A stretch of 64,000 bases of DNA from Octopus sinensis (Eukaryota). The stretch covers positions 31,930,001 to 31,994,000 of the forward strand of contig NC_043012.1 of the NCBI RefSeq assembly GCF_006345805.1, written 5' to 3'. Each line of letters starts with the position of its first letter. Positions within the stretch are counted from its first letter, which is position 1. Shown piece after piece: positions 54,500 through 64,000 of this stretch. A program made the translations under genes and the position numbers. Below the pieces are notes generated by a model. That model made no database searches and was not told the DNA's origin. It saw nothing but the letters and a program-made list of their open reading frames with translations.

Positions 54500-55200
54500 C
54501 AGCCAGGTATGGATTGATATTGGCTAGATCTGAAAGGCTTTCATCGCGTTAAGGACCAACTTGGATACAAGAAAGCAGATTTTTACTTTGCACAGTCTGC
54601 AAAGGATCGAGGTCGATTCCTGGTAACAAGGGATCAGTGGATTTTTTAAAGGAATTATAAGTTCTTGTTCACGTACGAAGCGCATGACTTCAATTTCTTT
54701 CTTTATCGAATAACTAAAGATACATCGATTTAACGAAATTAATTGTGGCAATTAATATGGAAAGAGGGATCGATGCGTAATAACCACATATTTCAAACTA
54801 GGAATAATTGCTTCCCTTTTTATGAGGTGTAGCCTTAAACCAATTAACTACACCCGATCTATAACTGGACAGTTTTAAAAGTGAGACGTTTATGCACATC
54901 TCAAAGTCTATTCTATCAATGATATGTTTGCTGGTTACCCTTGTAGAAGTCTTAACAAGATTGATCTCCCTAATAGCTAATTTACGATCGAAATCTATCT
55001 TATGATCCTTAAGCATAAGAAAAAATTCTATAAAGAATCTATTGGATTCTATTTGGATACTTATGCAGTCTTGTATAAATAGATCTAAGGTTATCTTTAC
55101 TAACAGCTTTGTTGATATTATTAACCAAATTCCAGCTTGTTTTCTTGTATTTATTGGTAATAGAACTGTGTGAATTTCTGCCAATATACAAAATACATAA
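54500..55200 (-). mobile_element. Degraded CR1/L2-type RT remnant
   Basis: EINLVKTSTRVTSKHIIDRI (~IDLQKAFDTVDH.ILL.KL), VVNWFKA (~WFKSYL) and a YQESTSIL relic (~PQGSILGP), in order. Confidence 0.4.
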
Positions 55201-55740
55201 TCTTAAATCATAGATTGTATATTCAACAAGAAAATTTCAGTTATATCTTTTACTATGACGAGCCAATGGGTTGTATATGTCTGTAATGCTTGTATACGAC
55301 AAATCGATGCATGGACCATTCGATCTGCTAGAAATAACGCCTTTGTAAGGACAGGGCACATTATATAAATTTTTTCTATATATGTTTTTAAAAAGGTGGA
55401 ATCACGGAATTATCATGAAAGCAATAGCGTAGATAATTGATATATATCGTTAGGTTTGCTCTGAGGCTCAACAAGCAAAACTGGGTTAAAAATCACATAT
55501 AAAATATATCGCGACGGATCGATTGTGTTAACACAGATACACCACCAAAACTATATTTCCAAACAGATTCCACCCTATGCTTCTCGAGATTCGCCAACAT
55601 TACACCTGATTTTCTCCCCTCCATACACATGCAAGCATGTATCTGACTCATACACCGTTCACTTCCCAGACATTTGTACATTACTGCATATGCTTTATAT
55701 GCACTTTTGATAAGTTGCACCTGGACACTGTATACAATAA

Positions 55741-55944
55741 TTTTATTATTATTATCATTCTTCTTCTTCTCTTCTTCTTCTTCTTCTTCTTCTTCTTCTT
55801 CTTCTTCTTCTTCTTCTTTTCTTCTTCTTCTTCTTCTTCTTCTTCTTCTTCTTCTTCTTCTTCTCTTCTTCTTCTTCTTCTCTTCTTCTTCTTCTCTTCT
55901 TCTTCTTCTTCTTCTTCACCTTATTATTATTATTATTATTATTA

Positions 55945-55983
<39 letters not shown>

Positions 55984-56008
55984 CATTACTATTATTATTA
56001 TTATTATT
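55741..56008. repeat. Compound (TTC)n/(TTA)n microsatellite
   Basis: Direct sequence; explains the poly-F/S/L/Y/I ORFs. Confidence 0.96.
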
Positions 56009-57136
56009 GTAACAGCAGTCGCGCGCAGGTCTACAGATGCAGTGAATAATGAGCTCTTTTCGTCAACATTATATGAAAACAAAAAAATTCATAAAATATC
56101 CAGATACTCTCGTTTGGGTGAATTGTTACTAAGGCAGACACTGACCAGTTTCCAAACGATTGGCTTCTGAAGGAAACCTGAAACGAGTGTCGATAATAAA
56201 TAAAATATTTAGTTAAAAATAAAGTAGATCTCTATCATTTACTCAATATCTTTTATTTACTGTACGGCTCTAATGAACAGAAATAGCATCGAAATATCAA
56301 TATCCATCGTTCTCGCTCGCTTATGGGTCAGTTTGTTTCTCCTGGCTTTGAAGTATACTGTGGTTTCAATACTTCACAACATTAACTGGACCTTCCTAGG
56401 ATGAAATACTGTAGACTAAAAGCATTTAGCAACACACATACATTAACATACATTCAGTATATATGACATTGATAACATTTACATTATTAATGTTACACGC
56501 ACGGACACACAAATACACACACCACACACACATACATACATACACACACACATATATGTATATATACAGTGTCGAACACGCAAACAGAAAGTAGTTTTCT
56601 AGTTCATGGGTAGGCTGCGCTTATAGGCGTAAGAGAATGCATTCTCATCAATGTACCTGATATTAAAACACATAGAAATCATAGACAAGCTAGATAACTC
56701 GCGCTAGGTTCTACTCAGGAGCAACGGATATCGATGTATCATAATTTTTGTGATTTGTCAGCACCGCATACCCGAAAGAGGCCCGATTCAAGCTCGGGTA
56801 CGCGGTGTTGCAAGTCACAAAATTGACGAAAGATCGATTTCCCTCACTCCTGAAAGGAACTTGATGCAAGTTATCTCGCTTATCTATGACTCCCAGGTGC
56901 TTTAAAACCAGGCGCATTGATGAGAATATATTCTCTTTCGACCATAAGTGCAGCCTACCCACAAACTAACAAAACACATACATTCTGTATGTGATTTAAA
57001 TGTTTATATACCTCGAACTGCTCCTAATCCATATTTGAAAATATGTATATATATACAATTGCAGCGTGGAAGGTATTTGTAAGCCATTTAAGAAATACGC
57101 AAAAGCCGTTCGATTCACTTCAACATTTAAGTTTAA

Positions 57137-57186
57137 TTTGTCAAAATATTTTCGTCGCTAAAATCCGCGACCTGTTCACTGACAAA
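57137..57186 (-). ncRNA. Type I hammerhead with G3:C8 swapped core (left arm)
   Basis: Exact reverse complement of 57209-57258. Confidence 0.75.
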
Positions 57187-57208
57187 AATCCGTGCTGCAT
57201 CTCGGATT

Positions 57209-57258
57209 TTTGTCAGTGAACAGGTCGCGGATTTTAGCGACGAAAATATTTTGACAAA
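57209..57258 (+). ncRNA. Type I hammerhead with G3:C8 swapped core (right arm)
   Basis: TTTGTCA-GTGAACA-G-GTCGC-GGATTTTA-GCGAC-GAAA-A-TA-TT-T-TGACAAA: 7-bp helix I, 5-bp helix II, palindromic AATATT helix III, UUU triplet, all in exact register. Confidence 0.75.
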
Positions 57259-57398
57259 TTAAACTTAAATGTTGAAGTGAATCGATCGGCTTTTGTGTGT
57301 TTCTTAAATGGCTTACAAACACCTTCCACGCTGCAATTGTTTTCGTTTCACCACACGATCTCAGATCAAATGACTTGCTATGCGAGTACATCTCTGTA

Positions 57399-57483
<85 letters not shown>

Positions 57484-57750
57484 ACATACATGCGCACATA
57501 CATACACATAGGGTGCGATCTGTGTTTGAGACATTTAATTAATAACACATTAACTTATCAGAACGATTACAAGGTCCCTATTTCTTTATTATACATCCCA
57601 GGAGATTACATACTAATACAAGTGCAAAAACATGCAATCGTTGTTGTTATATGTACAGAACAGTTATCTAGCAGCGGTCAAGTTTTTAAATATCATATGA
57701 TCCCTTGTAAATAAAGTCACGACAGAATTGGAAGATTCTGACCTCAATAT

Positions 57751-58159
57751 TACTCTTTTACTCGTTTACTTGTTTCAGTCATTTGACTGCGGACATGCTG
57801 GAGCACCGCATTTTAATCGAGCAAATTGACCCCAGGGCTTATTCTTTGTAAGCTTAGTACTTGTTCTATCGGTCTCCTTTGCCGAACCACTAAGTTACGG
57901 GGACGTAAACATACCAGCATCGGTTGTCAAGCGATGTTAGGTTGGGGGAGGGGACAAACACACATACGTATATATATATATATATATATACATATATACG
58001 AAGGGCTTCTTTTAGTTTCCGTCTACCAATTTCACTCACAAGGTTTGGTCGGCCTGAGGCTATGGTAGAAAACACTTGCCCAGGGTGCCACGCAGTGGGA
58101 CTGAACCCGGAACCATGTGGCTGGCAAGCAAGCTACTTACCAAACAGCCATTCCTGCGC
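57751..58159 (-). mobile_element. SINE family 2 (CORE-like), full length
   Basis: Reverse complement colinear with 31375-31790. Confidence 0.92.
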
Positions 58160-58249
58160 GTTCTTATCAAGATACCACAATTCTTCTAACATGTTCAAAA
58201 GATTAGCGACCCTGAACTGAGAAAAATCAACGATAAACATCGTAAAGGA

Positions 58250-58991
58250 ATTTCAGATGCCGGAGAGGAATATAAGAACTGTGTCGCACGAGAACATTTG
58301 GTACAATTTGCATGTACTGAAGAGAGGCCGATTCATATGTACAAAGGTCATAGGAAAACCGTTTGTTCCGTGCAAAGATTTACGTAAAAAGGTTTTAAAA
58401 TATTTAGCCACGTGGCATGCTTTGGTTCTTCGCTAGTGAGCAAAATTTTGTCCAAGACCGAACGTCGAACGGAAAATCCAAAGATATGAAAGCGCAGCAG
58501 CTTCTGCTATCCATAGAGCGATGCACACTAAACTTCCTGGAACGGAGATACTTTTACATGTGGTGAGTACCGAAAATCATGCCATGCTGCCTCGTACCTT
58601 TCCACAAGTTCCAAGAATTGATGCTACCAGATACGTTGAGGTGCCTGGAAGAGGAATGAACAACGCAGTGGAAGGCAATACGTGTCTCCCAACAAGATTC
58701 AGCACCTTTATACAAAAACCGACGTAACACAAAAATGGACGTCAGACAATTTTTACGACCATGTAACACCAAGCTTGTGACATCCAAACTCACCACATTT
58801 AAATCCCATTGACTTCTACGTTTGAAGGTTTGTTTAAAGGGAAACTAAACGATATCCTCACAATACCACTAAAGGCCACCATTGTGTCGGCGATGCCCCA
58901 AATGAACAAGAGTCTTTTAATGGCTGCATGTTAAAAGTTCCGTTTTCGCATTGAAGCAGTAAACAAAACTCGAGGCAATTTCATAGAATAA
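58250..58991 (+). mobile_element. Degraded Tc1/mariner transposase, maT-like (DD37D)
   Basis: TKLPGTEILLHVVSTENHAMLPRTFPQ..., QQDSAP, PNSPHLNPIDFYV, ...RFRIEAV..TRGNFIE*. There are 37 residues between the 2nd and 3rd Asp after correcting one 1-nt insertion. Confidence 0.85.
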
Positions 58992-59139
58992 TCTTAAAAG
59001 ATTGCCGAATACGTGTACACAAACGTATATCAAGATACATTTGGTTTTTGCTAGATTAGAGTTGGTTTATTAAATTACCAACTGTGTTCTCAAATATCTA
59101 AATCCATCTCGCACACTGAATACATACATACATACATAC

Positions 59140-59172
<33 letters not shown>

Positions 59173-59198
59173 TATACATACATACATACATACATACA

Positions 59199-59263
<65 letters not shown>

Positions 59264-60126
59264 ATATGTATGTATATGCACACACACGCCTAGAGAGAGA
59301 AATAGAGTGACGTAACTGTTTGTAATTGCATTTTTATTTGCTTTAGTTTATCGGTTTACATGTATAAAAGAAACCTAGCAAAACAGTAATTACTTTTTTA
59401 TTTGCTGGAAGGTATATAAAGTATTTTCAGATACACTCAATTCCTACGCAATGATAATTTGCTTCCTGTAACAGTCGCCTAACACAAACGTTTATATAAC
59501 TCCATGTTGATAGATTAAACTAATATAGACGTTTCTGTACATAACGCAATATTGTTTTAAGCTAGGTACACATACATAAGAATAAATGATTATAAAAAAA
59601 ACAATTGTTTTAACCGTGCTGCATTTGTTTCTTCGACGGTGAACTAACTAAGGAAAAGTAATTTATATACATTTATATATTGCGTATATGACAAGCTAAT
59701 TATGTTCCAGGAATGTTGTCGTTTAACTCAATAAGTTATTACAAATGTATTAATGTCTGATATAAGGATGAAAGGAAGCCGAGTCTGGTACAAGATTTAA
59801 GTTGTCTATTGTTTATTAAGACATTATCTTCAAACGACTCAATTACCAGAGTAAGTCTTCTCTAATTGAACAACAATTCATCACTTGCTAATAAACCTGT
59901 GAGATAAAGAGAGAAAGAAAGAAAGAAAAGAGAGGGAGAGAGGAAGATGGAGAGAGAGAGAGAAGCGGGTCACTGGGTGATGAAAACAGTGTGTCTGTCT
60001 GAAGTTTATCTGAGAAATGAATGGGTTTTGCATGTATATCGAGATTAAGGTGATTAGCCGCATCTCATACGGACGTTACGAACGATTACCAACACTAAGA
60101 GGAAATTGACGCATCAATATATTTCC

Positions 60127-60230
<104 letters not shown>

Positions 60231-63084
60231 GGAAGAGGATTTGAAAATGCGCATTTATTTATTGACTTGACCGGTTTCACTTTTTAAAAAATGATTTTCA
60301 AAAGCAAAATGTAAGGCTTCGCTCAGACTTTGTAGTGTTATAATATGGTTAACATAGAAGCATTAAAATATAGTGATAGAGTCTCTGACAGTGATAAGAA
60401 TATGTTAAGAAATAGAATCTCTGACAGGGGCTTTGTGTTTAAACAGTTTACATAACATAATTATTTATAAGTTCATCATTAATCATGTTTGTATATAAGC
60501 ATATATACATAAAGAATTTTTAGACAGTATTTGATAGGAGAAAGCGTCTATTGCTTTGTCAAAACTTCATCAGAAATCATATTTAAATATTTATACAGAA
60601 TTTTAGGGTGAATGGCCTGCCTTTTTTCTTCATCTCCAGTCATATATATGTGTAGGAGGTTGGATGGTTGGGGAAGCATTCACATGATCTGATATAGAAT
60701 TGTTCGTAGAATCAAAAGGATTGTTTTCTTTCTGGGCTAGTCTGTGGTTTTTGGACTAGTCTTAGAGTTCAAAATGGTGTGAGTGAAAGAATGTGTGTGT
60801 GTGTGTGAACGGTTCTGTGTGTGTGCATATGTGGGGGGGATTTTTGACTGGTCTTAGAGTTCAATGGTGTGTGTGTGTGTGTGAATGGGTCTATGTATGT
60901 GTGTGTTTTATATTTAGCAGGGTGGTGTGTATGTGTGCACGTTTGTATCTATGTTACTGTTGTATTCACGGCTATATTGCTTTCTTGTCTGTAAAATTCC
61001 AAACGCATTCGACGCTTCCAAAGTTTCTTTATAAAATGTTATCTCATCCCCAAAGCTATTATTATTTAGCGTTAAAATTGACGGTCATTATTTTCAGCGG
61101 GCCATTTGACTTAATGGTGGCGTACTCAGCGGATATGCGAGGGGCACCGGTTCGAGTACTGTGGTCATCTGCAGGTAACGTTTCCCCGCCTTATAAGGAT
61201 AAAAAAAACACCTTTCGTCTGTTTTCACAACTGTAGTGTGTTCAAAATTTACTCCCTCGTCTGTAATTTACACAAATAAAATAATCCGTATCCATTATAG
61301 CAAAGGTACCCCGAACAGGTTTGCTATAAAGAATACATAAACACATATACAACATCCAAGGGTATATTTTTTCCCACTGAAGATACTATGTTCAGGGTAT
61401 ATAGATTTAATATTTACTTAATATTTACTGAGTATTAATTGAAACAGCTGTAAGGGAGGATGATTAATTTGCTGTTAATAATAAACAATTATTAACTTCT
61501 CAATTTAAATTTTCTTTTTCTTCTTTTATATAAATATGTATTTTTAAATATATACCTATTATTTTCAGGAAATTAATTCCCCCAAAATACTAGGTATTGA
61601 ACCAGTATTTCCTTGAATGAGACTATCCCTTCATGAATATATATATATAAATATGTGTGTGAGTCTGTGTGCGTGTATGTATGTATGTGTTTAGGTGTGT
61701 GTGTGTGTATTGTCGGACATACAATTTAAAGAAATCGCTAAGTTATGAATGAATTATAGGTGCTATTTCTAGCAGGTCATGCAATCATTTAGAAGCATCG
61801 AAACCAGTCCACATGTCCTTACGTGACTTGCAGCAACACAGGTTGAGTAGATCATAATTCCACCTCAGGAACAACTCTCCTCTCCTCGTACCCTCTCTTC
61901 ACTCTATCCCTCATCTCTCTTGCTGTGCATCCGTATCGCTCCTACACTTATGTTTATTTTCCTTCTGAGGTATGGGTGATGCTAAAGGCAACGCGTAGTA
62001 TGAGTCACTTCCATTTCAATACATCGGAGATGTTGCTAACTTCATAAGCAGTGAGATATGAATTATTTAGAGAAGCTGTGAATAGTGGTGGGAGAAAGAG
62101 CTGATATTGGTTATATTTATCCATATACTTTTCATAACATATTATACTAAAGATTGTTTACGTATGACAGACGTAATGATAAAGCATCCGAGAAAATGGC
62201 TTGTAATATGCAGTTTTATTTATTTCCGTTTTGAATTCGAATCCCGTTCTTTCCCACCAACTTTTTGCATTAAGCCAATGTTTGCGCTACTGTCAAATTC
62301 GTGCCGCTGTCACGTAGTTCGTTGAAAGGAGAACCAACTTGTAGAATTTTGTAAATAGCTGTTATCGAGTGTACAACGCTCTGACTATAGGTTGAGTCCA
62401 TTGAAAACATAACCCCCTCCGTCTATTTTTGATAAGGGAAGGCGTACTTTTTTTTTATCTATTTGACGGCCTAAGCGAAAAATGTTGATTGTTGGACAAA
62501 AGGGACTGAAAATAAATACTTACCTCTTCGGACCACACATCGTTGAAATTTCAAGTCCCATTCGGAAAATGAAGAGAGGAAAGTTGAGAGAGTTCTGTCT
62601 TTCAGTAAATTTAATGAAAGTTTTGACAGAGTAACGAATGTGGAATGAGAGAAAGAGCATTCAATGCTATATCGCCTGTAGGTAGGTAAACAGCTGCTGA
62701 GAAATGGCCCATGTCATCTTTGTCGGCGTTGTCCAGATTTGGTAGTAGCATTTGATAGTGTCCCCCAGAATGGAGTAGGCATATTTTATAGGAATAGTTT
62801 TGCTACTTTTTTTCCATTTTACTCAATTTTAAAAGTCTTGCTGAAAACACTATGTTTGTACCATGCACTATACTCCATTTCAGCTGTCATGTCGTCTGTT
62901 CTATTTTAAAAAAATGATGTATTCATATTTTGTTGTGCAAACCAGATACGAAAACGATGTATTCATTCTCTGAAGAACTTTGGTTTTTAATACTGTTCTT
63001 GAATTCTCTTAAAGAGTTTGGACTCCATTGCAAATTGATCATTTCTACCATAGACACAAAATGAAATCTGGAATGATGTTAGTC

Positions 63085-63216
63085 ATTGACCCTAGTACAT
63101 AACTGGTGCTTTATTTTATCGAATCCGAAATGATGAAAGTTAAAAATTGAAAGGATTTGAACTAAGATCCACAACAAAAGCTGCAAAATATTTTCCCAAC
63201 AGTTTCACGATTCTGC
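63085..63216 (-). mobile_element. Old SINE family 1-like relic
   Basis: Reverse complement retains TTCATCATTTCGGATTCGATAAAATAAAGCACCAGTT and a TTGGCAGAATCGT head. Confidence 0.5.
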
Positions 63217-64000
63217 CAATCATTTGCTCAATGCTTCTTGGATTGTCTCATTCGCTTTCTTTTCATATGTCTCATTTGCTTTCCTTTCATTTGATCATTA
63301 ACGGTCGCGTTTGTACAGTACCAAGAGTAGATTTAAGAGTTGATATTTATACACCAACTATTGGGATAATTCACATGTAAAGTTCTTTATAGTGTAAATA
63401 ATGAATATAACTGCATAGAAACATGCAAGTACAAGGGAAAGAATCAATAAAATTACAATGTCTGCGGTAAAATTTTATTCATCTCTGACAATTCGAAAAA
63501 ATTTGAACCGATAATTTCATTTTATTTACAGTGGTTTCGATCGTTTTATTCACATTCGTGAAAGCAATTTTAAAAGCATTGAATTACATCCATACACAAA
63601 TAATGATATGCACACACACGTAAACACACTCAATCCCGAGTCTTACAATAAATTACGATTGATAAACTTTGTTGATCTAAATATTAGTGGAAAGTTGAGT
63701 CCGTTTCACATATTCGCTCGCCCTGTCGACAGAATCGTCATATCTTTTCTACGTTTACTTTTCCTTAATATAGTATTGCAACTTGATGCATTATTTCCCT
63801 TATCTCTTTGTCTCCATTAGGTTCTATAAATTCTGTACATGTTTCATGTGTCAGCGCTTAACGAAGGTAAACAAAACTGATATTAGATGAAACAACTGTC
63901 TTATGAAGGCAGTTGCTTCACTGTGTATTATGTTAAAGGCAGACGGTAGATTAAAAATGGAAGCTACATCCCATCCATCTCACATTCACATAGGAAACAG

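Larger units (their letters stand above)
57055..57388. repeat. Inverted repeat, 138-bp arms (57055-57192 / 57203-57340), 10-nt spacer; the right copy continues ~48 nt to (TA)n
   Basis: About 4 mismatches between arms, all outside the ribozyme motif. Confidence 0.96.

Noticed and set aside
56140-56195. CTGA..GGAAACCT-GAAAC-GAGT-GTC hairpin region
   Set aside because: The core cannot be placed in register and there is no helix I complement.

Overview
AT-rich, microsatellite-dense eukaryotic DNA with no convincing intact host gene. The SINE and LINE content looks like an octopus/coleoid cephalopod genome (my recognition, not a database result). Most ORFs in the supplied track are translations of (TA)n, (CA)n, (TTC)n or (GATA)n runs. 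The centrepiece is a ~4.8 kb Penelope-like retroelement (PLE, Neptune-like; RT plus GIY-YIG; 43622-48416). It is disabled by 3 stops and 3 frameshifts and is flanked by ~270 bp direct repeats, each carrying a minimal type I hammerhead ribozyme (HHR) motif. Manual folding found about 7 sequence-unrelated HHR module families across the window. Nearly all read toward a short AT-rich tail ending at a (TA)n microsatellite, and three are built into near-perfect inverted repeats. The most unusual is a pair at 57137-57258 with the core C3:G8 pair swapped to G3:C8 (GUGAACA) and every helix in exact register. The PLE repeats carry a second core variant (CUGUUGA) whose helix III has no loop, implying dimeric cleavage. 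Also present: two RTE-clade LINE fragments with twin-priming-type 5' inversions, a solo LTR with a nested SINE, three SINE families, and decayed mariner, maT (DD37D), RTE and CR1/L2 remnants. Ribozyme activity is predicted only and has not been tested.
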